Below are positions 1 through 9,998 of a stretch of DNA of 64,000 nucleotides, piece after piece. A model generated the notes under the pieces. That model saw only the letters and a list, made by a program, of their open reading frames with translations, was not told where the DNA came from and ran no database searches. Position 1 is the stretch's first letter. Each line of letters opens with the position of its first letter. The DNA is from an uncultured delta proteobacterium. GTDB taxonomy: Bacteria; Desulfobacterota; Desulfobacteria; Desulfobacterales; SG8-13. Location of the stretch: contig CAWKCK010000005.1 of assembly GCA_963848135.1 (NCBI GenBank), forward strand, positions 310,001-374,000, written 5' to 3'. Both the position numbers and the translations under genes were made by a program.

Positions 1-19
1 ATATTTTCAGTAATGAGAA

Positions 20-94
20 TGGAGGCGGCACCCGGAGTCGAACCAGGGGATCACGGCTTTGCGAGCCGCTGCCTTATCACTTGGCTATGCCGCC
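20..94 (-). tRNA. tRNA-Cys(GCA), atypical (C33, D-loop GA instead of GG)
   Basis: The reverse complement GGCGGCATAGCCAAGTGATAAGGCAGCGGCTCGCAAAGCCGTGATCCCCTGGTTCGACTCCGGGTGCCGCCTCCA folds as a cloverleaf with a 7-bp acceptor, U73 discriminator, encoded CCA and anticodon GCA. Confidence 0.88.
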
Positions 95-384
95 ATACTG
101 GAAAGGATTGGGACTGGGTATGGTCATATTGCGGGTGATTACCGAGAATCCACCTTACTAAATTGAGATTGTTTTGCAAACATTTTTCGATTTAGCGTCA
201 CTATTTTCAATAGCGAATGTTCCTTTGATCAGTCGGTGCATGAAAGCACAATAACAATCGTAGCGTCTTTTCCTGTTTATTATGATCCTTCGAACTTCAG
301 TCACCAGTGCCTAATTTCTTTGAGCGTTGAACCCTTGTCTTGGAACCAAGCTGAATACCTGCATATGCATGTTCCGCTACGGGC

Positions 385-645
385 ATTCAACCGGGCAGGC
401 CCGTAACTCGTATCCCCCGACGGCCAACCCGGGACCCTGAACTCAGAACCCGAACCACCAAACACTAAACACCATTTCTTAATCCCTCAATTCCTCAATC
501 TCCAAATCTCCATTCCTTTCAGCTTTCGCATAGCGCGAAATGCCTTACCCAAACTCGTAATGCGCAACTCGCAACTCCTTTTTTATTCCTTTCAGCTTTG
601 AACTTTGAGCTACTATAACCCGTACCCTGCAACCAGAAACACCGT
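385..645 (+). repeat. Heptamer-mosaic intergenic tract A
   Basis: Runs of GTAACTC/GCAACTC, GAACCCG/GAACTCA, CAAACAC, AATYCCTC and TTTCAGC/TTTGAGC. Confidence 0.8.
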
Positions 646-664
646 CCGCTTCTATCCCTTCTTA

Positions 665-1966
665 TCACCGCGGCTTCTTTTCACCACCGGGTCGGTAGGT
701 CTCACACTTGATGCCGTATTTATCATACACTTTCTCTTCAGCACGGGGGTCGATCTGAAGAACCACCTTCGATGTTCGCCGCATGGGAATGAAATGGACC
801 TGTTCGGATGCCGGCACTATCTCAAGTGCCTCCCTCTTCCGCAGGACATAGGCCAAAAAAGCATACCCTCCGCTGACCACCAGGCTGTATACAAAAAAGC
901 CGGACGGCTCATTGACAAAGGCCATGGCACTGGTTGCCGCGATCGGGCCGATGCTGGCACCGATGCCGTAAACAATCAACAGAACCGAACTGACGGCAAT
1001 AACGTCCTTGGGCTCGAACACATCGTGAGCGCGGGCCACGGAGACCGGATAGACCGTAAAAATGAGCCCCCCGTAAATGCCCGTAACGATAAGGAATAGA
1101 AGGTATGCGTCCTTCGCAATGACCATCATGACGATACTGACCGCGGCAATGGCAAGGCCCAGAACCGATAGCACCCGGGTTCGATCGAAGCGGTCGGAAA
1201 GCTTGCCTATCGGCCACTGCAGAACCAGGCCGCCGATGATGGCGGCGGTCATGAACCATGAAATTTCGGTGACAGTCAGGCCGGCTCGTGTGCCGAACAC
1301 CGGACCGATGGAATGAAACGCACTGTTCAACAGGCCGGAAGCGAAGCAACCCATCATACCGATGGGCGCCTTCCGAATCAACGCAAGTATACTGAATCGT
1401 TCGAGTTTATGCAATTCGGGGTGAATGGAATGGGTCACCGATACCGGCACCATGCTCAAAGCAAGGAAAATGCCGACAATGAAAAAGAGCTCATGGCCGA
1501 GCACATTGCCCACGTTGAGCAGCTGTTGACCCATCGCCATCCCCAAGTAAGTCAACAGCATGTAAACCGCCAGGACACGTCCACGGGAACAGGGTTCGGT
1601 ACTTTCGTTCAACCAGCTTTCAATAACCGTGTAAAGCCCCATGGTGGAGATGCCGGCCAGAAACCGGTATACCGCCCAGACCGCTGGGGAAAAGAAAAGG
1701 CCGTGCAGCAGCGCGATAGCCGTGACGACGGCAGCAAATGTCGCGAACGCGCGAATATGTCCCACCCGCTCCACCAAACGATGGCAAAACAGACCGCCCA
1801 CAACCAAGCCGAAGAAGTATAACGCCATGATCAATCCGGTGAGTTGAACCGGCACGTTCTCGAGGGTTAACCGGAGGCTCAGGGTTGTATTCAACAAACC
1901 GATACCGGTCGTCAACAGCAGGACGGCGGCAAAAATGGCGGGAAATGAAAACAAGGTCGCAGCCAT
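665..1966 (-). CDS. MFS transporter (YcaD-like)
   Basis: 433 aa with about 12 hydrophobic segments, MFS motif 'GKLSDRFDR' and 'VIESWLN'. Confidence 0.9.
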   Translation of the reverse strand: MAATLFSFPAIFAAVLLLTTGIGLLNTTLSLRLTLENVPVQLTGLIMALYFFGLVVGGLFCHRLVERVGHIRAFATFAAVVTAIALLHGLFFSPAVWAVYRFLAGISTMGLYTVIESWLNESTEPCSRGRVLAVYMLLTYLGMAMGQQLLNVGNVLGHELFFIVGIFLALSMVPVSVTHSIHPELHKLERFSILALIRKAPIGMMGCFASGLLNSAFHSIGPVFGTRAGLTVTEISWFMTAAIIGGLVLQWPIGKLSDRFDRTRVLSVLGLAIAAVSIVMMVIAKDAYLLFLIVTGIYGGLIFTVYPVSVARAHDVFEPKDVIAVSSVLLIVYGIGASIGPIAATSAMAFVNEPSGFFVYSLVVSGGYAFLAYVLRKREALEIVPASEQVHFIPMRRTSKVVLQIDPRAEEKVYDKYGIKCETYRPGGEKKPR

Positions 1967-2114
1967 TGTGTCTTTCCACGTAACGTGTTTTCCGATCAGA
2001 CAAATAAAAACGACGCAATCTGCCAGATTTTGCTTCCCTTTGCAATCCCAAAATAATTTACCCCTATGCCCCTATTTTATCACATGTTGCCTGAAATCCT
2101 CACCTTTTAATCGC

Positions 2115-2390
2115 CATCCACAACCCGTAATTCGCAACCCGAATCCTTGCATCCCAAACACAAATTACAAAACACCAAATAAATACCAAATACCAAACAC
2201 TTTCTATTCACATTTGACCTTTCAGCTTTGACCTTTGAGCTCATTTCCCGTTTCCCGCAACCTTTGCCCCGCCTGCCCCTTAACTCCGGGAGATGGTACC
2301 GGGGTTGAATTCCCGAAGGCAAGACGCGCAGTGGCATTCAACCGTGGCGGAACCCTGAACCCAGAACCAGAAACACCAACCACCAAATCC
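2115..2390 (+). repeat. Heptamer-mosaic tract B with embedded 41-bp hairpin
   Basis: GCAACCC, CAAATAC, TTTGAGC and GAACCCT runs. 2304-2344 matches 36398-36438 at 39/41 nt. Confidence 0.8.
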
Positions 2391-2560
2391 TATCCCCTAT
2401 TATTGCTCCTCATCACAGATGTTGTTATAGTCCATTCAAGCGCAGATGAAGACCGCCATTAAAAACATCGTTACCAGCGGGTGTCGCGACGCTCTGATTT
2501 TGGCCATGGTCAGCTACGCCCGCAGTGCGGTTTTGACCGATTTTTTCTTCGAAAACGGCA

Positions 2561-2725
2561 ATGGATTGTTACCGTTTCGTTTTGTCCAACCCGGCTGTGG
2601 ATGTGTGCATGATGGGCGCGAGAGATACCGATCAGATGCGTGAAAATCTGAAGGTGCTTGACAGCGGACCCCTGAACGAAGAAAAACTTGAAGCGATGCA
2701 CAGGAAAGAGAGGATTACCTGCTGA
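2561..2725 (+). pseudogene. Aldo/keto reductase C-terminal fragment
   Basis: Manual translation MDCYRFVLSNPAVDVCMMGARDTDQMRENLKVLDSGPL resembles an AKR C-terminus. No N-terminal part is present. Confidence 0.6.
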
Positions 2726-2733
2726 CGAAAATC

Positions 2734-2964
2734 TTGGGGAATAACGATATGAAACCAAATTTGACCACCAAGGCCCAGATATTATGGGATGCCATTCCCG
2801 GCGATGTCCGCCTCAGAATTTTAAACAATGTATGGTGCGCGAACTGCTCTCAAGTCACCGGTATCGGCAACATCTCGGGCAAAGTTGAAAAGGGCGACCT
2901 GATCCTGCGCGGCGTGTGCACCCGCTGCGGCGGAGACGTCGCCCGGCTCATCGAAAACGATTAA
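2734..2964 (+). CDS. Small hypothetical protein with two CxxC motifs (putative Zn ribbon)
   Basis: 76 aa with WCANC and CTRC. Confidence 0.7.
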   Translation: MGNNDMKPNLTTKAQILWDAIPGDVRLRILNNVWCANCSQVTGIGNISGKVEKGDLILRGVCTRCGGDVARLIEND

Positions 2965-2970
2965 TTTATA

Positions 2971-3188
2971 CCTAATTTGAGCAATTGTTGAGGTTGCTGC
3001 AGATACAAGGAAGATGTCGTTCCGTCCCGCCGCTGGTGGGATCGGCTATGCGGGACGGCATATGACGCCGTAGATGCGGTAAGATCGACAATCCCAAGGG
3101 TTTCAGATTTTAAAATCAAACGATGATAGAATTCCTTAAATATAAAGCAGTTCCCCCTCCATTTAAAATTTGAAACGCTCACTTTAGG
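2971..3188. mobile_element. MITE family 1, copy 1
   Basis: Terminal inverted repeats (TIRs) CCTAATTTGAGC...GCTCACTTTAGG with 5-bp TSD TTATA on both sides. An inverted homologue lies at 61959-63390. Confidence 0.8.
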
Positions 3189-3373
3189 TTATATATTTCA
3201 AGAACCTTGAACGGAACCATATTGGCTGGAGTATAAAAACATTCTGATCAATGTCGGTGAAATTTAGATTTATTTTCCCTACTGCATAACATCCACGGCT
3301 CTTTGCCCTCTCACCCCTGTTTTATGGTGGAAGCCACTCTCCCACCGTTGACGCGAACTCTCCGGTCGCGCCC

Positions 3374-4693
3374 CTACCGCCCCAACTCCTCTTCCAAAGC
3401 TTGACGGAGAGCGGCTGCAACCGTATCCATTTCCTGCTCGGTGATGATAAAAGGCGGGGCCACCACCAGCCCGTCGCCGTCGGCTCCGGCCAGGGCCAGG
3501 GACTTATAGAGTATCACGCCCTGCCCGAACAGGTGATCCCACATCCGCTCGGCCACTCTTTGTGCTCTCGGGAAAGGGGCCAGGGTTTTCTTGTCCGCCA
3601 CCAATTCGATCCCCCACATCATGCCCAATCCACGGATGTCGCCCACAAAGGGCGAATCACCGAGCGCTTCGGACAATTTGCCTCCCAGCAACGGGCCCAT
3701 GGCCGCAACTCTCTCCACCAACCCCTCACGCTCCAGAATGCCGATAGCCGCCAGCCCGGCGGCAGCGCACACCGGATGATGAGAGAAAGTGCCGCCATGC
3801 ATGAAGCCGCCCTTCTCGGCCACTGTCCGGTACAACTCTTCCTTCACGCCCACGGCCGAAAGGGGCAATGCCCCGCCGGAAAGGCCTTTGCCCATGGTGA
3901 CGATATCTGGCACAACCGCATAGTGCTCGCTGGCAAACCACTTGCCGGTACGCCCCATGCCACTCATCACCTCGTCCTGGATCAGAAGGACACCGTGGCG
4001 GTCGCAGATCTCCCGCACGAGCGGCCAATAACCGGGCGGAGGTGGATACACCGCCAGGGAAGCCCCGCTCACTGTCTCGCCGATAAAAGCCGAAACACTT
4101 TTGGGGCCCTGGTCGAGAATGACTTCATCCAGGGCCACGGCGCAGCGCAGCCTGCAAGTGGACGGTTCCAGGCCGTAAGAACACCGCAGGCAATAAGGCG
4201 GCGGAATGTGCATGGCGTCCAGAAATGTCGGCAAAAAAGGCGCCCGGAAGCTGGTGCGACCGGTGGCCGCAAGGGCACCCAGGGTCAGGCCGTGATAAGA
4301 CCGCCAGCGGGAAATCAGCTTGTGCCGGCTTTCCTGCCCCCTGGCCACATGAACCTGGCGGGCGAGCTTGATGGCGGTTTCCACCGCCTCGGAACCGCTG
4401 GTCATGAAATAAAAGCGGCTGATGCCGTGTGGTGCATGTTCGGCCAGTTTGTCGGCCAACGCCTCCACCGCATCGCTGGAGAACATGGTCGGATGAAAGT
4501 AATACCCGCGCCGCAGCTGTTCGGCCACTGCCCGGGCAATCTCTTCCCTGCCATGCCCCAGATTCACCACCACCGCACCGCCGCTGGCATCCAGGTAGCG
4601 CCGACCCTCCCCGTCCATGATAAAAGCCCCTTGCCCTTCTTTGGCGACGGGCAGGTCCTTTGATAGAACACGGTGAAAAACATGACCGGTCAT
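3374..4693 (-). CDS. Class III (PLP-dependent) aminotransferase
   Basis: Motifs YLDASGG, SGSEAVETAIK, SYHG, DEVMSGMGRTG, TMGKG, HGGTFS. Confidence 0.92.
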   Translation of the reverse strand: MTGHVFHRVLSKDLPVAKEGQGAFIMDGEGRRYLDASGGAVVVNLGHGREEIARAVAEQLRRGYYFHPTMFSSDAVEALADKLAEHAPHGISRFYFMTSGSEAVETAIKLARQVHVARGQESRHKLISRWRSYHGLTLGALAATGRTSFRAPFLPTFLDAMHIPPPYCLRCSYGLEPSTCRLRCAVALDEVILDQGPKSVSAFIGETVSGASLAVYPPPPGYWPLVREICDRHGVLLIQDEVMSGMGRTGKWFASEHYAVVPDIVTMGKGLSGGALPLSAVGVKEELYRTVAEKGGFMHGGTFSHHPVCAAAGLAAIGILEREGLVERVAAMGPLLGGKLSEALGDSPFVGDIRGLGMMWGIELVADKKTLAPFPRAQRVAERMWDHLFGQGVILYKSLALAGADGDGLVVAPPFIITEQEMDTVAAALRQALEEELGR

Positions 4694-5523
4694 GCCGTTT
4701 CTCCTTTAACGGTGTTGAGTTGCAGTATTTGCCGGGCTTCGTTCGGGGCGGCCACCTCCCGCCCTAATATTCGGCTGATCTGGACGATGCGCTCCACCAG
4801 CATCGGGTTGGTGGCCAGCTCACCCTTGCGGAAGTAAATATTGTCTTCCAGGCCCACGCGCACGTGACCGCCCATCAAAATGGCGTGCACCGCCATAGGC
4901 AATTGGGCCGCGGCCACCCCGCTGACACTCCAGGTGGATCCCTTTGGCAAACATCCCACCAAATGGACCAGATGTTCGATGCGGGCCGGCATGGCTCCTT
5001 TGAGTCCCATCACGAAGTTGAAGTGCAGGGGTGCAGGTACGACGCCCTTCTCGAACAGGGCGATGCCGTTGAACAGCATGGCCAGATCGAAGACTTCGAT
5101 CTCCGGCTTGATGGCGAGCCGCTGCATTTCTTTTGCCAAGCCGTCAATCAAATCGGGCGGGTTCACATAAGCGGAATTGGGGAAGTTGACACTGCCGGTG
5201 GTCAGGGACGCCATTTCACCGCCCACAGATAGCCGATTGTGCCGACTTTCATAGCTCACACCCGCCCGGCCGCCGGTGGATATCTGCAATATCAATTCGG
5301 TTCGTCCCTTCAAGGCGTTGACCACCTCGGCGAACCGTGCCGGATCATCGGAAGGATTCTCCTGCTCATCCCGTGTGTGGATGTGCAATATGGAGGCTCC
5401 GGCCTGTTCGCAGCTCAAGGCGTCCGCCACGATCTCTTCCGTGGTCACCGGAACGTGAGGGGTGTGCTCTTTTTTGGGCACCGAACCGGTGGGGGCTACG
5501 GTAATAATCAGTTTGTCTTTCAT
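4690..5523 (-). CDS. kce: 3-keto-5-aminohexanoate cleavage enzyme family (BKACE/Kce)
   Basis: Motifs IITVAPTG, HIHTRD, STGG, GGHVRVGLEDN. Overlaps the aminotransferase start (ATGA). Confidence 0.9.
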   Translation of the reverse strand: MKDKLIITVAPTGSVPKKEHTPHVPVTTEEIVADALSCEQAGASILHIHTRDEQENPSDDPARFAEVVNALKGRTELILQISTGGRAGVSYESRHNRLSVGGEMASLTTGSVNFPNSAYVNPPDLIDGLAKEMQRLAIKPEIEVFDLAMLFNGIALFEKGVVPAPLHFNFVMGLKGAMPARIEHLVHLVGCLPKGSTWSVSGVAAAQLPMAVHAILMGGHVRVGLEDNIYFRKGELATNPMLVERIVQISRILGREVAAPNEARQILQLNTVKGETA

Positions 5524-5585
5524 CGCTCGCTCATTTCTTTACTGTTTCCTGACAACGAATGATTGATGGCACGAGTAGGTATTCA

Positions 5586-5599
5586 TTTCATATATGAAA
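5586..5599. promoter_or_regulatory. Perfect palindrome, putative IclR operator upstream of kce
   Basis: TTTCATATATGAAA, about 65 bp upstream of the kce start. Confidence 0.5.
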
Positions 5600-5691
5600 A
5601 GTTTTTTATGGGGCTAGTTTGCAACCGGAGGTCTACGCAGAAAGCCAGCCAGCGGAACCAAAGCCACTTTTAAATAGGAACGAAGTTAACC

Positions 5692-6489
5692 TCAGACGTT
5701 TTCTATCGTACCCAAAGCCCGTTGAATCTTTGCGGCCGTCTTCACCGCCAAAGGGGCCAGATGCTGTTCCAACTCCTCCCGACTCACCCGCTTGGTGGGC
5801 ACGGCGATGTTCAAGGCAGCCATGGCATGACCGTCGGAATCCATGATCGGGGCCGACACGCTGCGCAGTCCCACAGATAGCTCCTCGTCGTTCAAAGCAT
5901 ACCCTTGACTTCTTACCCGGGCCAACTCCTGGCGGAATCCCTTCTCATCGTTGATGGTGCGGTGAGTCAGGGAGGAGAACTCGTAACCGTTTAAAATTCG
6001 ATCCAACTCTTCTTGATCGAGGAAAGCCAGAAGCGATTTGCCCATCGAGGTGCAGTGCAGGGGCAGACGCGAACCGAGTTGCAAATCGAAGGGGAGAATA
6101 CGGCCGGTGTTGTTGATGCGCACGAGATACATCAACTCGTTGCCTTGCAGCACGGAGAGGTTCACCGTTTCCCCGGTTTTTTCAGCCAACCGTTCCAGAT
6201 AGTGCTGGGCCACTTGGCGCCAGCTCAGATTGTTCATGGAGGCATATCCCAGAGACAGCATTTTCGGTGTGAGGTGGAAACGGCGTTGCCGATCCCGCCG
6301 CACATACCCCAGTTCAGCGAAAGTGTAGCAGATGCGGGTAACGGTGGCGTTGTTGGATTTGGACCTGCGGGAAAGCTCGACAAGTCCCAGGGGCTCATCT
6401 GAATTGGCCAGGGTGTGCAGGACTTGCATACCCTTGGCAAGAGACTTTAAAAAATAGCGTGAATTATCCCCAGTCACCGATTCTCCCAC
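5692..6489 (-). CDS. IclR-family transcriptional regulator (PcaR/PobR-like)
   Basis: N-terminal HTH 'KSLAKGMQVL'; motifs GSRLPLHCTSMGK and GYALNDEELSVGLRSVSAP. Confidence 0.92.
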   Translation of the reverse strand: MGESVTGDNSRYFLKSLAKGMQVLHTLANSDEPLGLVELSRRSKSNNATVTRICYTFAELGYVRRDRQRRFHLTPKMLSLGYASMNNLSWRQVAQHYLERLAEKTGETVNLSVLQGNELMYLVRINNTGRILPFDLQLGSRLPLHCTSMGKSLLAFLDQEELDRILNGYEFSSLTHRTINDEKGFRQELARVRSQGYALNDEELSVGLRSVSAPIMDSDGHAMAALNIAVPTKRVSREELEQHLAPLAVKTAAKIQRALGTIENV

Positions 6490-6504
6490 TTCCCACAGGA
6501 TTTA

Positions 6505-6533
6505 CGCATAGCGAAAATATAGTTTGCTATGCG
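6505..6533. promoter_or_regulatory. Inverted repeat, putative autoregulatory operator
   Basis: CGCATAGCGAA-N7-TTTGCTATGCG immediately upstream of the IclR gene. Confidence 0.4.
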
Positions 6534-6833
6534 ACATTAATAAAATGAGTCGGCAGCTCCTGTCAATAGCAAAGACACCTCGCATTTGAAGCGATTCTAC
6601 AATTAGGATTTTGGTTCAAGGTCAGTGCGGAATCGTATATTGTGCGCCTTGATAAACAGCAGCGGGGGCATCCTCGGCCATCGCGCAGAAAAAAGGATAA
6701 TAAATGGACATTCACGACTCACCATGAAAAGAGTTGATAAATTGAGCCTCTAATTACACATTGCTCGTGAAATCAAATATAAATAACCTGTCTTTTTTTT
6801 ACGATCATTAAATTTGCGGGTTAGGATTGTATT

Positions 6834-7715
6834 ATGACACCAATAACTCAGAGCCTGATTCAGTTAAATGTCGCCGTAATATTGCTCGGCGGCACGACGC
6901 TTTTCGCTAAATTAATCAGCCTTCCGGCCCAAACCATTACCCTCTATCGCGCCGTCATTGGTTTTGTTGCCCTGGCCCTTTTTATCCGTCTGAGTAAAAC
7001 CGGTTTTCGTTTGAAAAACGGAAGAGAATATATATTGATGAGTATCGTTGGCATTCTGCTCGGTCTGCACTGGGTCACTTTTTTCCATGCGATACAGATA
7101 TCGTCCGTCGCAGTAGGTATCTTATCCCTGTACACTTTCCCGGTCATCACTTCCTTTATGGAGCCGCTGATGGACAGGCAAACGATCCGGATCGCGAGCA
7201 TTGCCAAGGCGCTGATTATCTTCATTGGCATATCGTTGATGGTCTCCGAGTACGAGATATCGAACCGGGTCATGGCGGGGGTCATCTGGGGCGTTTTATC
7301 CGCTGTCGTCTTTTCTCTGCGCAATATCCTGGTTCGTAAAAAACTCGCGCATATCCCCGGCACAGTCGCCATGGCCTATCAGCTTTTTGTAATGGTCTTT
7401 ATGCTGCTTCCCTTCTCTTCGTTTTCCTGGAATCTATATGCAGATCATCGTTTGATTTTATTGATCGTGCTCGGCATATTGTTTACCGCCGTTCCGCATG
7501 TGCTCATGGTCTTGAGCTTCCGGAACCTGACAGTGACCACCGCCAGTCTTATCATGTGTCTGCACCCTTTTTATGCCATTGTATTTGCAGTTTTCGTACT
7601 GGCCGAGTTTCCCGATACCAGTGTTGTGGCCGGCGGCATAATTGTCGTCAGCGTTGCAATATATGAGGCGGTAAGGGTCAGCTTAAAAAGAAATATGGGT
7701 AGATTTAATCAATGA
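6834..7715 (+). CDS. EamA/DMT family transporter
   Basis: 293 aa, about 10 TM segments in two EamA-like halves. Confidence 0.88.
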   Translation: MTPITQSLIQLNVAVILLGGTTLFAKLISLPAQTITLYRAVIGFVALALFIRLSKTGFRLKNGREYILMSIVGILLGLHWVTFFHAIQISSVAVGILSLYTFPVITSFMEPLMDRQTIRIASIAKALIIFIGISLMVSEYEISNRVMAGVIWGVLSAVVFSLRNILVRKKLAHIPGTVAMAYQLFVMVFMLLPFSSFSWNLYADHRLILLIVLGILFTAVPHVLMVLSFRNLTVTTASLIMCLHPFYAIVFAVFVLAEFPDTSVVAGGIIVVSVAIYEAVRVSLKRNMGRFNQ

Positions 7716-9044
7716 CACTGCTGTCCGGTTAAGATTTTTTGTATAGCATTTAACCATATGAAATAACGTTAAATAATGGCTAAAATCGGTGTTATCGACT
7801 TGAATTCGAGTTAGCCGGGTTGATACGTACCCTCCGAGTATCTGAAAGGAGGGTCGAGCCCATGTACGAAGGACAAACTGTCTTTTCACAGATCATCGAT
7901 TTTATGCCCAAGTACAAATTCCGGCAGTGTGTCAAACGCTATAACGGTAATTATCGAACGCGTTCTTTCTCATGTTACGATCAGTTTTTGTGCATGGCCT
8001 TCGCTCAGTTGACATACCGCGAAAGTCTTCGCGATATCCAATGCTGTCTGCGAGCCCTGCAGGACAAGCTTTATCACATGGGCATTCGCAGCAAAGTCTC
8101 AAAAAGCACATTAGCAGATGCGAATGAAAAACGTGACTGGCGCATTTACAGAGACTTTGCCAAAATTCTGATCGATGAAGCCCGCAGACTCTATGCCGGT
8201 GAAGATTTTGGTCTGCAATTGCAAGAGACCATCTATGCTTTGGATGCGACCATCATAGATCTATGTCTTTCCGTATTCCCATGGGCGCAATTTCGGAAAA
8301 CAAAAGCGGCAATCAAGTTACATACCCTGCTTGACTTGCGCGGCAATATTCCCTCTATGATTGCCATTACCGATGGCAAGGTGCATGAGGTAAACATCCT
8401 TGACCGGCTGGAGGCTGAAATCGGTTCGATTTATATCATGGATCGCGGCTATCTGGATTTTAAAAGGCTCTATACGCTCCATCAGGTGCCGGCCTTCTTC
8501 ATCATTCGTTCAAAATCGAACCTGGCCTTCCGTCGCATTTACTCGCGGCCGATCGATAAAAGCTGCGGTCTGCGCTGTGACCAAATCATTGTGTTGGCCA
8601 ATTACTACGCCAAAAAAGATTATCCGGAGCAGATCAGGCGAATCAAATACCACGATGCGCTTACCGACAACCGGTTGACTTTTTTGACCAATCACTTTCG
8701 CCTTCCGGCGATAACGATTGCCGATCTTTACAAGTGCCGATGGCAAGTGGAATTGTTCTTCAAGTGGATCAAACAGCATCTGCGAATTAAAAAGTTCTAT
8801 GGTACGTCTGAAAATGCCGTAAAAACCCAAATCTGGATTGCCATCAGTGTCTATGTGCTGGTTGCCATTATGAAAAAAAAGATGAAAATCGACCTGAGCC
8901 TCTACACAATGTTACAGATTTTTAGCATCACTCTTTTCGAGAAAATCCCCATTTTACAAACGCTCACAGAGACCAATTACAAAAACAAAATGACTAGCAA
9001 CTGTATCCAATTGAAATTATTCGATAGTTAACCGGACACTAATG
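7716..9044 (+). mobile_element. IS4-family insertion sequence
   Basis: IRs CACTGCTGTCCGGTTAA / TTAACCGGACACTAATG; 9-bp TSD AATCAATGA at 7707-7715 and 9045-9053. Confidence 0.92.
7862..9031 (+). CDS. IS4-family DDE transposase (DUF4372 N-terminus)
   Basis: Motifs LDATIIDL, MDRGY, and YKCRWQVELFFKWIKQ (YREK signature). ATG at 7862 follows GGAGG. Confidence 0.93.
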   Translation: MYEGQTVFSQIIDFMPKYKFRQCVKRYNGNYRTRSFSCYDQFLCMAFAQLTYRESLRDIQCCLRALQDKLYHMGIRSKVSKSTLADANEKRDWRIYRDFAKILIDEARRLYAGEDFGLQLQETIYALDATIIDLCLSVFPWAQFRKTKAAIKLHTLLDLRGNIPSMIAITDGKVHEVNILDRLEAEIGSIYIMDRGYLDFKRLYTLHQVPAFFIIRSKSNLAFRRIYSRPIDKSCGLRCDQIIVLANYYAKKDYPEQIRRIKYHDALTDNRLTFLTNHFRLPAITIADLYKCRWQVELFFKWIKQHLRIKKFYGTSENAVKTQIWIAISVYVLVAIMKKKMKIDLSLYTMLQIFSITLFEKIPILQTLTETNYKNKMTSNCIQLKLFDS

Positions 9045-9339
9045 AATCAATGATATTTCTAACAACCAGGATTGCATACTACTTAATATCGCGACAATAA
9101 CTCTTTGAATGTATTTATTACGATTTATTTGCTTACACCTCATTATTTTTGCAAAACACAGCAGCTTTGCAAAAGAACCGGGTTTTGTTGCCCGAAGGGC
9201 AGGGATTATTAACTTTCTGCCCTCTCAGCAGAAAGTTAAAAGAAATACTCCTCAGCGATCTCTGCGGCTCGAGCGAAGCGGGCGGTAAAGTCATTGCTAA
9301 GAAATGGTGATAAATTCATAGAATTAAAAGGAGGAGCAA

Positions 9340-9696
9340 ATTTTTCCGGATGTCAGTGAAATAAGAAAGGCACGTAAGAAGTACAACTGGAAAATGTCCC
9401 AAAGTGGCATTAAAACGTATCGAGAATTGAGTGACCTTGAAGAAAGTGCGCTGAAGGGCGGTGCTCTGGCTCAAAAATACAAAGAACTGATTGCCCTGGG
9501 GATCAGTATCAGTAACAGCTGTTATGGCTGAATCGAGTATCACGTCAGCAGTGCTGTTGACCTGGGGGTGAATCGCAAAGAGATTCTGGAAACTACAGCC
9601 GTCGCCTTGGCGCTAAGTGGCAGTCTGGCCGATTGGCCGGCACGATTTGTTTTCAAAGTTCTGGATGAACTGGAAGTTCAGAAAGAAAATAAATAG
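9340..9696 (+). CDS. Carboxymuconolactone decarboxylase/AhpD-like selenoprotein (CxxU)
   Basis: Manual translation ...KELIALGISISNSCYG[TGA 9529-9531]IEYHVSSAVDLGVNRKEILE... continues in frame to TAG at 9694. SECIS-like hairpin follows the TGA. SD AAGGAGG precedes ATT 9340; first in-frame ATG is 9394. Confidence 0.8.
9544..9561 (+). promoter_or_regulatory. Putative bacterial SECIS hairpin
   Basis: GTCAGCA-GTGC-TGTTGAC, a 7-bp stem starting 12 nt after the UGA, with a loop beginning GU. Confidence 0.6.
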
Positions 9697-9998
9697 AGCA
9701 TAGGTTTTTTTTATATGTAAATAGCAGGATTTGATCTTTCACATGCAATTGGAAGATCCGATCTCTCCAGACAATCCCATTAATTGTCATCCGTGTAATG
9801 AATACAGATACATTGATCTTATCTTGAGAAAATTGAAAAAGGCCAACTACCATTGTAGTCGGTCTTCTTGGTTTCGGAGTTACTAAAAGTTTCGCTTAAT
9901 AGCTGGTAAAAAAACTATTGCCAACATTTTATGGCCACATATAGTGGTTGTTTGAAAAATTAAAAAGTGCGGCATTGAAATTGCATCTGTAAGAAGGC

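Noticed and set aside
20..94. selC*-type or Sec-like tRNA-Cys
   Set aside because: It has a standard 7-bp acceptor and a 5-nt variable loop, without the long variable arm of tRNA-Sec derivatives.
3401..4663. 420-aa plus-strand ORF
   Set aside because: Antisense shadow of the GC-rich aminotransferase, with no recognisable motifs.
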